Shown here piece after piece: positions 1 through 9,252 of a DNA stretch of 15,618 bases (position 1 is its first letter; each line of letters begins with the position of its first letter). The DNA is from Octopus sinensis (lineage: Eukaryota). The stretch lies in contig NW_021825415.1 in NCBI RefSeq assembly GCF_006345805.1, positions 1 to 15,618 of the forward strand, written 5' to 3'. The translations under genes and the position numbers were made by a program. The notes beneath the pieces are model-generated. The model was not told the origin of the DNA, searched no databases, and saw nothing but the letters and a program-made list of their open reading frames with translations.

Positions 1-176
1 ATATATATTTTATACATATATTTATATGTATTGAACAGCCGAAATTTGCTATGATGATTCGGTGTCTGACTGAAGATTGAAGGCTTCGAATGATTTGTCT
101 GTGTTCCGTGTTCGTCCCTTCCTGTATTTCACGTTCATTATATATAAAAACATTCATTCATATATATATATATAAA

Positions 177-209
<33 letters not shown>

Positions 210-211
<2 letters not shown>

Positions 212-488
212 GATCTCTACATATCTCATATCTATTTTCATTCCTCGACCTCACTCTCTATTTCGTATCTTATCTAAATTAACTATTTATTAACCATCCT
301 CTCACACCGTCGCCGATGAATGGATACAATAAATATCCTGGAAACAGCTGTAAGACCTTCTATCTATAAATCTACACTGCCTTGATTCTTTATCTCATTA
401 CGAAAAAAAAATTTATATACACACGCTGATATATGACCTACGTTGGACCCCTTATTCGCATAATCACCGAACCTGGAACTTAACTACC

Positions 489-491
<3 letters not shown>
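210..491 (+). mobile_element. Penelope-like element (PLE) terminal fragment bounded by (TA)n tracts
   Basis: Unique island between (TA)n at ~139-210 and 492-525, carrying a minimal hammerhead-like motif at 309-356. Such motifs are typical of PLE pseudo-LTRs. No RT or GIY-YIG coding seen. Confidence 0.5.
309..356 (+). ncRNA. Degenerate minimal type I hammerhead ribozyme motif
   Basis: gtcg-CCGATGA-at-ggata caataaa tatcc-tg-GAAAC-agct-GTA-agac. Stem II is GGATA/TATCC, the stem III loop is palindromic (AGCT), stem I is gtc/gac. The core has U4->C relative to CUGAnGA. Confidence 0.6.
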
Positions 492-528
<37 letters not shown>

Positions 529-610
529 AACTGGAACAAGAACGCATAACATTTAGAAGACGATACAAAAATCACGGACGGGACATTCGAAGCCTTTATA
601 TATATACATA

Positions 611-691
611 CGAGGGGTTTACGAGAAGTTTTGAGCCTTGAAGTCTTGTACCATGTTTTGTTTTTTAGAGGCTCAGACATTTCATACACCC

Positions 692-695
<4 letters not shown>
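611..695. mobile_element. 85-bp mariner-type MITE
   Basis: TA at 609-610 and 696-697. Left TIR is cgaggggtttacgagaagttttgagcct; reverse complement of the right end is cgaggggtgtatgaaatgtctgagcct. Confidence 0.8.

Positions 696-765
<70 letters not shown>
696..765. repeat. (CA)n(TA)n compound microsatellite
   Basis: Direct inspection. Confidence 0.95.
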
Positions 766-1232
766 AACAAAACAAAAAATGGAACGAGAACGTAACAGGC
801 AATAATAAAACATCCAGACAGACGATACAAAAAATGATAGGAAAAAAGCAAGTGCGAGTCAGTCGAGTTCCAGATCGTCGTTGCAGTTTCAACCAATTAC
901 ACTCGAGACTGCTCCAATCTGGCCGGCCCCATGAAAATCTAGGCTAAGAGCACTAGATTCTTTGGAAGAAGGCAACCGAATGTATACGAAAACAAGGACG
1001 AAACAAACGGAGAAATGGTACACAATTACAAATACAAACAACGCGGCATTAACAAGTGTCTTTCGACTAAAGACGAACTGAAATTATGCTGTCTTGTGTG
1101 GAAGTGAAGACAAAACTGCGGCCAGAGTGTTAGAAACACATTGCTAGAAATAAGAATTAAAATGCTCTAATGATATAGTCAACGCAAATAATTGTACACA
1201 TATATACAGACAGGGAAAATACCGTTCGAGAA

Positions 1233-1284
1233 TTCCTAATACGAATCAAGTTTCGATAATTTCCGTTGCCTCATCAGTAAGGAA
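1233..1284 (-). ncRNA. Minimal type I hammerhead ribozyme with intact catalytic core
   Basis: Minus strand reads ttcctta-CTGATGA-ggcaac ggaa attatc-GAAAC-ttgattc-GTA-ttaggaa. Stem I pairs 6 of 7, the CUGAUGA/GAAA/GUA core is intact, stem II is imperfect and stem III is minimal. Confidence 0.72.
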
Positions 1285-1286
1285 GA

Positions 1287-1497
1287 CGACGGGGTGCTGC
1301 AAAGTTGCTGGTTTTGGGTAAAAATACAAGAGGATCAGTTAATTATGATTTTATCCAACATATTTTCCTCTCAGGTTTACACACTTATTGCAGCATCCCT
1401 TCAGCTTTTCAAACCCTGTAAAAGAACTCGGAAGGTTGGGCCTTCATCGAAGCCTTTTGTGATATCCTTAAAGCCAGGAATTTACAGTACCCCCTCA
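1287..1497 (-). mobile_element. Internally deleted mariner element retaining the transposase C-terminus
   Basis: Left TIR cgacggggtgctgcaaagttgctggttt matches the reverse complement of the right end, tgagggggtactgtaaattcctggcttt; TA at 1498-1499. Minus strand 1422-1351 translates FTGFEKLKGCCNKCVNLRGKYVG*, resembling the mariner C-terminal motif GIxKLxxRWxKCVxxxGxYVE*. Confidence 0.8.
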
Positions 1498-1711
1498 TAC
1501 ATATACACAGACTCACACAAACACACACGTATACAGGCGGGGGTAGGTGAAGAAATGGTTATGTCCCAAGAAATTTGCTTCTCAACCATCTGGTTCGAAA
1601 TCCACTCCTATTCTGCCAGTGCGACGAAAATTTTAACACCAAAAGAATAAAAATCTAAGTGAAGTTAAACATATTTGTGCGTTTATGAACCACTGATATC
1701 AGTCTGCCACA

Positions 1712-2115
1712 GGCGGCGAGCTGGCAGAGACGTTAGCACGCCGGGCGAAATGCATAGCCGTGTTTCGTCTGCCGCTACGTTCTGAGTTCAAATTCCGCCG
1801 AGGTTGACTTTGCCTTTCATCCTTTCGGAGTCGATAAATAAGGTACCAGTTACGCACTGGGGTCGATATAATCGACTTAATCCGTTTGTCTGTCCTTGTT
1901 TGTCCTCTCTGTGTTTAGCCCCTTGTGGGTAGTAAAGAAATGGGTATTTTGTCTCTTTATGTTCTGAGTTCAAATTCCGCTGAGGTCAACTTTGCCTTTA
2001 ATCCTTCCAGGGTCGATAAATTAAGTACCAGTTGCGTACTGGGGTCTATGAAATCGACTGGCCTCCCTATCCCAAAATTTCGGGTCTTGTGTCTAGAGTA
2101 GAAAAGAATATTATT
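1712..2115 (+). mobile_element. tRNA-derived SINE family A, dimeric copy
   Basis: A-box-like head ggcggcgagctggcagagacgttagc, B-box-like gagttcaaattcc, and central domain gcctttcatcctttcggggtcgataaattaagtaccag present twice. Tail is gaaaagaatattatt. Near-identical copies occur elsewhere in the window. Confidence 0.85.
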
Positions 2116-2126
2116 AACAACAGTAA

Positions 2127-2637
2127 GGTGGCACGCTGGCAGAAACAGCACGCCGGGCGAAATGCTTATTAGTATTTCGTCTGTATTTACGTTCTGACTT
2201 CAAATTCTACCGAGGTCGACTTTGCCTTTACTCCTTTCGGGGTCGATAAATTAAGTACCAGTCGCGCATGAGGTCGATCTAATCGTCTTAATCCCTTTAT
2301 CTGTCCTTGTTTGTCCCCTCCATGTTTAGCCCCACTGAGAGCAATAAAGAAATAAGAAACGTTAGCACGCCGGGCGAAATGCGTAGTCGTATTTCGTCTG
2401 CCGTTACGTTCTGAGTTCAAATTCCGCCGAGGTCGACTTTGCCTTTCATCCTTTCGGGGTCGATTAAATAAGTACCAGTTACGCACTGGGGTCGATATAA
2501 TCGACTTAATCCGTTTGTCTGTCCTTGTTTGTTCTCTGTGTTTAACCCCTTGTGGGTAGTAAAGAAATAGGTATTTCGTCTGTCTTTATGTTCTGAGTTC
2601 AAATTCTGTCAGAGTCACCTTTGCACTTCATTCTTTC
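2127..2637 (+). mobile_element. SINE family A, trimeric copy truncated at a (CA)-rich tract
   Basis: Three gttctga(g/c)ttcaaattc anchors at 2191, 2408 and 2590; same central domain as 1712-2115. Confidence 0.85.
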
Positions 2638-2890
2638 ACATACGCACCCACACTCGCATGCTCACACACACACCACACACACACACACAAACACACGTAC
2701 GCACATACAAACATACACGCAAACACACACGCACAAACATACACAGGTACACACACACACACATACACATAAGTGCGTACACACACACACAAACACACAC
2801 ATACACATAAATACACAAACGTGCACATGCACACACATACATATACACACATACGCGTACACATAAACATACACGCAAACACATACACAA
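2638..2890. repeat. Degenerate (CA)n microsatellite
   Basis: Direct inspection. Confidence 0.95.
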
Positions 2891-2939
2891 AGCGGTGAGG
2901 TACATCGGCGCTAAAAGTCTGGCTTAGAGTGTGCTGTTT

Positions 2940-3230
2940 CATGGCCGGAAAACATTGGGTACTTGCTTGGGGGTTTCTTATGCCTAAGGGATCCAATAAT
3001 AATTAGTGCGGATGTATAAGTGCAGACCCCGGTGCATTAATCTATCGGGAAGGCAATACTCGGGAGTGGGGTGGGCAATACTGTCAAGACAGTCCTGTAG
3101 AGAAGGATAACACTTTTGTAACAGGATATTTGTGGAGTAAAAATCTTCGTCGTGTATTTTTCTCGGTAATTGCAGAAGACATTAATCACAGCTGTGAATG
3201 AATGTCCTTAAGTGGTAACCGTTCATGCAA
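2940..3230 (-). mobile_element. Possible highly decayed LINE AP-endonuclease coding remnant
   Basis: Minus-strand translation gives ...EYCLPDRLMHRGLHLYIRTN..., loosely like the DRxxxxGGxxxYI motif. An upstream VILL/QD stretch, which needs a frameshift, resembles ICLQET. Judged by eye only. Confidence 0.25.
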
Positions 3231-4805
3231 TAGATCGGCGTCCTGTTCAGCGGTTCATGTTATAATCTCGATCACATGTTTGTCGTGGAAAATGAGTAAC
3301 TGCCTGTATGAGCTCTAGGGTTTAAGGGCAAATTGATGGATGCAGGAAAAACAAGAGATAGAAAGGAAATCCAAAGGGATTATGTTGTGGAGAGGTGAAG
3401 GACTGAGTGAAATAATCATTGTAGGGCCTGAGTTGGGGGACGGGGAAACGAGTAATTATGGAATACCTGAGTACAAGTGTCACAAACCAGCCTGCTTCCT
3501 GGAGACCAACCGACTTATAAAGAAAGTACGCGAACAGAATGAGACAAGAGGCCTGTAAGAGCCAGAGACTGGTGCGTACCGAGGAGTGGCGAGTCAATAC
3601 CAACCACTTCAGGGGCTTTTCATGCGCTCTAGAATGTTCTTATATGTAAGATTGTCCTATAAGGAGGAGTTAGTATGCCATTGTAGTGTAGAATATATGT
3701 TCAGTATCAAGTATTGAAATGGCTTCATGTATATTATCAGAAGAATTCTTACAAAGAAGAAGAATAAATTTAAAAACTATATATTTACTACATAAAAATA
3801 CATTTATTCATTGGTCGTCGATGAAATATAACCAAAAATGTAGAATCTAGTTGAATGAGGTAATCTATGCCAGGAAGTTCAGAGATAGACAATATAGAAA
3901 TAATAGCTACGTGATGGTTTTCAGTCATGTGGCATAGAGAAATAGACAGGCATAGCAACGACGTGAATGACTCAGAGTTGACTAAAAAGCAAAGAGAAGG
4001 GCAAGCAAGTTGTTTTTATTAATGAAACGCTAGACATTCTAAAAACTTCCAAGAGAAACGCGAAGCTTCTTGAATAATTAAGAATTACTTCTCATGACGT
4101 AGATGTTTTGAGAAACTTATTAAAGGGAGATTACTCTATAAATCTTTCTGCAAGATAGACCATTTAACTATTTTAGCTACAGACCACAGACTACTACACT
4201 ACTGAGGGTTTTTCTTGAATTTCGTAAAAAGGTTAGTACTGTAATTGCCGACGTATAAGATGCGATTTATTTATTTATAAGTATCAAAAAATTACCTTGC
4301 GTGTAATGCAGCCGTATAATATATAGATGGGAGACCGAGTGCCGTAGAGTAGGGCAATAATTGTTACAAATAAATAAAATGTTTAAAATGAATCAAACTT
4401 TTCATAGATTGTTGCGAAAAAATCCCTTACGATTCAATTATTTGAGATCATTTCATCTTATTACACTGCCTTTCCTAGCTAAATAAACCACACCTAATGT
4501 GTTTTACATTATTTAATGACTGTGCTATCTTTAAGAAACATTTTTTAAAATAGTTATTTAAGTGAAAAAGTCACCTAGAAAACTGAAAGGAATGCTTAAA
4601 TTTATTTCATTCATCTGCCAATAGATGACAACAAAATCATAACAGTGGTGCAGCACCCTGGTAGCTGATTGCAGGTTACACGAAACGTCACAGCCAGAAA
4701 TACGTGTTTCACATCCTGTATCGCAATTCTATTGACCGAACTATGGACAATTATACAGTTGATGTGAAGGAAGATAAAATTGAAGTGTGGTGCTCCCATA
4801 ACATT

Positions 4806-5031
4806 CTTTTACTCTTTTACTTGTTTCAGTCATTTGACTGCGGCCATGCTGGAGCACCGCCTTTAGTCGAGCAAATCGACCCCAGGACTTATTCTTTGTA
4901 AGCCCAGTACTTATTCCATCGGTCTCTTTTTGCCGAACCGCTAAGTGACGGGGACGTAAACACACCAGCATCGGTGTCAAGCAATGCTAGGGGGACAAAC
5001 ACACACACAACAAACACACACACACAACATA

Positions 5032-5097
<66 letters not shown>

Positions 5098-5261
5098 GAC
5101 AGGCTTCTTTCAGTTTCCGTCAACCAAATCCACTCACACAGGCATTGGTCGGTCCGGGGGCTATAGTAGAAGACACTTGCCCAAGATGCCACGCAGTGGG
5201 ACTGAACCTGGAACCATGTGGTTGGTTAGCAAGCTACTTACCACACAGCCACTCCTGCGCC
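4806..5261 (-). mobile_element. tRNA-derived SINE family B, full length, with internal (CA)/(TA) microsatellite
   Basis: Minus-strand head ggcgcaggagtggctgtgtggtaag...ggttcagtccc (A and B boxes), followed by cttgggcaagtgtcttct (CORE-like). Tail is tandem gtaaaaga. Confidence 0.85.
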
Positions 5262-5271
5262 ATTGTTTATT

Positions 5272-5708
5272 ATTTTATTCTTTTATTTGTTTCATTCATT
5301 TTGACTGCGGCCATGCTGGAGTACCACCTTTAGTCGAGCAAATCAACACCAGGACTTATTCTTTGTAAGCCTAGTACTCATTCTATCGGTCACTTTTACG
5401 GAGACATAAACACACCACCTTCGGTTGTCAAGCGATGTTGAGGGGGAGACACGGACACAGAAACTTATATACACACAAACTTACACACACACACACTCAC
5501 ACACACACACACACACACACCACACACACACACACCACATGTATACGACGAGCTTCTTTCAGTTTCCGTCTACCAAATCCACTCACAAGGCTTTGGTCGG
5601 CCCGAGGCTATAGTAGAATACACTTGCCCAATGTGCCACGCAGTGAGACCGAACCCGGAACCATGTTGTTGGTAAGCAAGCTACTTACCACACAGCCACT
5701 CCTGCGCC
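5272..5708 (-). mobile_element. SINE family B, second tandem copy
   Basis: Colinear similarity to 4806-5261 across head, microsatellite and tail. Confidence 0.85.
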
Positions 5709-6077
5709 TTATTTATGATAAATTCATGCTTTAACTCCAGAATATTGGTACACTATTGGATTAATATGCTCAGAATCATACATTTTTCCTTACAAAACTA
5801 CTTTAACGTATTTTTCAATAAGTTTATGAGGAAGAACAATTATTTTTTTAATTACACAATATCCTTGTGAAATAGGGGCGCTCATATACGCCAGGAAATA
5901 TGGTAATTGTTATGGATTGGAATATTTTCAGACTTTGAAGTGGAGGGCTAGATTTTGTCATGTAGCCTTCGTTATGATGTTAGGGTGAGATCGCCATGAA
6001 GAATTATCGGTTATGGTGAGGGCCCGGCAGAACAGCGAAAATATGAAATCATGTTTCTAAAGTTTAACATGTAAGTT

Positions 6078-6152
6078 CTTGTTGTTGTTGCTACTGCTGC
6101 TGCTGCTGCTGCAGCTGTTGTTGTTGTTGATGTTGTTGTTGCTGTTACTGCT
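6078..6152. repeat. (GTT)n/(GCT)n compound trinucleotide repeat
   Basis: Direct inspection. Confidence 0.9.
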
Positions 6153-6237
6153 TAAATTCTAATATTGGAGTTTTGTTGCCTCGCCAGAAACATTTCTTTT
6201 ACTATGGGAAGAATTCAAGGAATTAAAAGAGAAAACA

Positions 6238-6426
6238 TACCATACATGCAATATAAGCACACAGACACACACCCAGACATACACACACACACACACACGC
6301 AGGTAGATAGATAGATAGATAGATAGATGTGTACATACATATATGCATATATATATATATATGTGTGCATAGATACTTATATATATGTATACATATAAAT
6401 ACATACATACATACATACATACGTAC

Positions 6427-6483
<57 letters not shown>

Positions 6484-6695
6484 TGTATGTATGTATACAA
6501 TACATACGTTATACATATTCATGCATATATGCCAAATTTATGGATAAACAAATCCACAAATTTACAAGCACACACGCACGCACACACATGCACGCACACA
6601 CACGCACGCACACATACGCACATGCACACACACACATGCGCACACACACGCACACACACACTCACACACATGCACAAATACAGGCGCGCGCGCAC
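6238..6695. repeat. Compound microsatellite (CA, GATA, TACA, TA, CACG)
   Basis: Direct inspection. Confidence 0.95.
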
Positions 6696-6849
6696 GTACT
6701 GTCAGTCCGTATTAGTAAGGTGTTCAAGCTAGAAATTCGGTTTATCCAAGCCTGAAAAGAACCGTCTCAAGGGGGCGCTGCTGACACTGACTTCACTAAC
6801 GCCACCATCACGCTCAATCAGCGCCGCTGCACTTATTCTAGTTGTCGTC

Positions 6850-7348
6850 ACCCACCACCACCACCACCACCATTATCAACACCACTATCTCCGCAGCAAT
6901 CACCCTGAAGCAAAGAACAACACCAACAACAATTATACTACCAAGTACCATCAACACTACCATCATCAACATCACCATCACCACCAATGCTACAACCACC
7001 ACCATCAACATTACCACGACCACGACGACCTCCACCACCACCACCACCATCAACATTATCACTACCAGCACCACCATCAATATCACCATCATCAACATCA
7101 CCACCACCATCACCACCACCACTACCACTACCACTACCACTACCACCATCATCAACATCACCACCATCAACATCACCACCACCACCATCACCACCACCAC
7201 TACCACTGCCACCACCATCGCTACCACTACCTCCACCTCCACCATCTACATCACCACACTCACCCCACCACCACCAACAACAACGACGACGATGGTGATG
7301 ATGATGATGATGATGATACTGATGATGATAATAATGATGATGATGACG

Positions 7349-7380
<32 letters not shown>

Positions 7381-7420
7381 TAATAATAATAATAATAATG
7401 ATAATAATAATAATAATAAT
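6850..7420. repeat. Compound trinucleotide tract: (CAC/CAT/TAC)n, then (GAT)n, then (AAT)n
   Basis: Direct inspection. It explains the poly-Thr/Pro/Val/Gly ORFs on both strands. Confidence 0.95.
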
Positions 7421-7831
7421 GTCGCACAGGAACAACAAAGGAGCAAACTGAAAAATAAAAAAAAAACGGAAAGAAATTTCACATAATGGTCACGGACACG
7501 TTGAAACTCTCGTTTGCGTGAACCAAACACCATCACAATCTCGATATTATTGAAAAATAATGATGCTCAATTTGGCGATGTCAAACAACATAAGCTGCTG
7601 AAGTATTATGAATCAACGAACATGGAAGACGAACATGAACTGAAAACATAAGACACTTGCAATAACAAGAGAAAATTAAGATTTTCAGATCGAACGGTGA
7701 ATAACGATGGGTTATGAGGGGAACGGGAAATATATTATGACAGACGTTCTACTATAGGGTCACAACATTTTACAAACTTTATTCTTACCAGCTAGAAATT
7801 AATATCGTCAACATGATAAGAATTCATATTC

Positions 7832-8243
7832 TTTTCTACTCTAGGTACAAGGCCCGAAATGTTTCGGGGGGGGAATAGTCGATTAGGTCGACCTCAGTAT
7901 GCAAATGGTATTTAATTTATCGACCCCCACCCCCACCCTCCGAAAGGATGCTAGGCAAAGTCGACTTCGGTGGAATTTGAACTCAGAACGTAAAGACAGA
8001 CGAAATACCTATTTCTTTACTACCCAAAAGGGGCTAAACACAGAGAGGACAAACAAGGACAGACAAACGGATTAAGTCGATTACATCGACCCCAGTGCGT
8101 AACTGGTACTTAATTTATCGACCCCGAAAGGATGCAAGGCAAAGTCGACCTCGGCGGAATTTGAACTCAGAACATAACGGCAGACGAAATACCGCGAAGC
8201 ATTTCGCCCGGCGTGCTAACGTTTCTGCCAGCTCGCCGCCTTC
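7832..8243 (-). mobile_element. SINE family A, full-length dimer with 16-bp target-site duplication
   Basis: Reverse complement is colinear with 1712-2115. Flanked by ataagaattcatattc (7816-7831) and ataagaatttatattc (8244-8259). Confidence 0.9.
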
Positions 8244-8368
8244 ATAAGAATTTATATTCGCCGAGAGAATAATAATTGATTTCGTTTTCTCTTTTTGGCA
8301 TAGTGAATCTCGAATCAAATAGATCTTATGCTGTCAACAACATATACGATATACACAATATTTAGTGA

Positions 8369-8510
8369 AGGCACGTGGCTAAGTGGTTAAGGTATTCGAC
8401 TCACAATCGTCAGGTCGTGAGTTCGATATCCGGCGGTGCGTTGTGTCCTTAAACCAGACACTTTATTTCATGTTGCTCCAGTCCACTTAACTGGCAAAAA
8501 TGACTTGTAC
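8369..8510 (+). mobile_element. tRNA-derived SINE family C, 5' part with CORE-like domain
   Basis: tggctaagtggttaagg (A box), gagttcgatatcc (B box), then gtgtccttaaaccagacactttatttcatgttgctccagtccact. Matches the reverse complement of 9115-9252. Confidence 0.75.
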
Positions 8511-8554
8511 ATGTAATTCAAAACGCTGTCTTAATTCCCCCAGATCTTTCTCCC

Positions 8555-8640
8555 ACTTTCTTTGTCTTCTTGCATGTTTCACTCACTGGATTGGGTACAT
8601 GCTGGAGCAAGGTCTTAAAGGGTTTAGTTCAGAAAGTCTC
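8555..8640 (-). mobile_element. Degenerate 3' tail fragment of SINE family B
   Basis: tgtttcactcactggattgggtacatgctggagcaaggtctt resembles tgtttcagtcatttgactgcggccatgctggagcaccgcctt at 4822-4863. Confidence 0.5.
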
Positions 8641-8914
8641 AACGTACGCGGTACCGCCTCCGAGGAGGCGCTGGGTATGTCGAAAGGGCCGTTTGGCTTT
8701 AGGCGGCGGTGAGATAACATAACATGCTAAACTTTACCTTTAGCGGTAATTACATTATACATGACAAAACCAGTAATGGTTATCAAAATAAAATGGTTAT
8801 TAAAAGAAAATGAGATCCCATCAAGCAGAAATAAACCATTAACTTACAACGTATAAAGTAAACTCAGGACTTTCATCTTTGTCATTCATTTATCATTTCA
8901 CTGTTAGAAGCTTA

Positions 8915-9252
8915 TAAAAAGGGTAAAGACTCTCTTCGGTTAAGAATGACCAATAGGTCGCACCAACACAGTTCACCTCCAAGTCACAAATCCGGGCAAG
9001 GTTGTTTATGGAGGACCAGCAGTCGCCTATGCATGCCAACCTCCCCTATTTACGGCACCGATGTTATCTAAAGGAAAGGAAAAGGCTGATACAGCTTGGC
9101 ACCAGTGACGCCACAACTCATTTCTACAGCTGAGTGAACTGTAGCAACGTGAAATAAAGTGTCCTGCTCACAAACACAACACAGAGTCAGGTCCGGGAAT
9201 CGAACTCACTACCTCATGATTGTGAGCCCAACGCTCTGACCATTGAGCCATA
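8915..9252 (-). mobile_element. SINE family C, near full length
   Basis: Minus-strand head tggctcaatggtcagagcgttgggctcacaatcatgaggtagtgagttcgattccc, a CORE-like block, and a 3' end gtctttacccttt. Confidence 0.8.

Larger units (their letters stand above)
526..1284 (-). mobile_element. Probable non-autonomous Penelope-like repeat, interrupted by a microsatellite and a MITE
   Basis: Begins (on the minus strand) with a hammerhead motif at 1284-1233 and ends at (TA)n 492-525. It shares aaggcttcgaatg (reverse complement of ~584-596) with the plus-strand segment at 80-92. Confidence 0.4.
4239..5903 (+). mobile_element. Decayed pogo/Tigger-like DNA transposon with two nested SINEs
   Basis: TA at 4237-4238 and 5904-5905. 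Left end ctgtaattgccgacgtataagatgcg matches the reverse complement of the right end, ccatatttcctggcgtatatgagcgc. Internal MDNYTVDVKEDKIEV (~4743-4787) resembles the pogo DDE-region motif MPxNxTVDxKGxKxV, and LQVTRN (~4669-4686) resembles the CENP-B-type HTH. Confidence 0.65.

Noticed and set aside
64-100. CTGAAGA...CGAA as a fifth hammerhead
   Set aside because: Lacks GAAA and a convincing stem I or stem III.
1712-2637. CRISPR-like regularly spaced repeats
   Set aside because: Units are ~180-230-bp SINE monomers whose intervening sequence is also repeated; eukaryotic context with no cas genes.
3322-3603. Overlapping 72-aa and 93-aa non-repetitive ORFs
   Set aside because: Short, with no recognisable motif; more likely part of a decayed retroelement.
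3990-4230. Protein-like frame KGKQVVFINETLDILKTSKRNAKLLE*LRITSHDVDVLRNLL
   Set aside because: Multiple stops and no family I can recognise; BLASTx would be needed to call a pseudogene or transposase relic.
5932-6070. Possible + strand exon (ttttcag acceptor at 5931, GTAAGT donor at 6071)
   Set aside because: Stops occur in all three frames. It could only be a non-coding or UTR exon, which cannot be supported without RNA data.
6700-6751. Possible minus-strand micro-exon (tcttttcag / gtacgt; [17 protein letters not shown])
   Set aside because: Weak polypyrimidine tract, no recognisable homology, and expected by chance.
6838-7536. Long ORFs (214 aa Thr-rich, 135 aa Val-rich, Gly/Asp-rich and Pro-rich) suggesting a mucin-like gene
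   Set aside because: Open in several frames on both strands purely because of trinucleotide repeats; no non-repetitive domain or splice context.
8369-8440. tRNA-like gene
   Set aside because: A and B boxes are present but there is no good acceptor stem, and it continues into a SINE body also found at 9115-9252.
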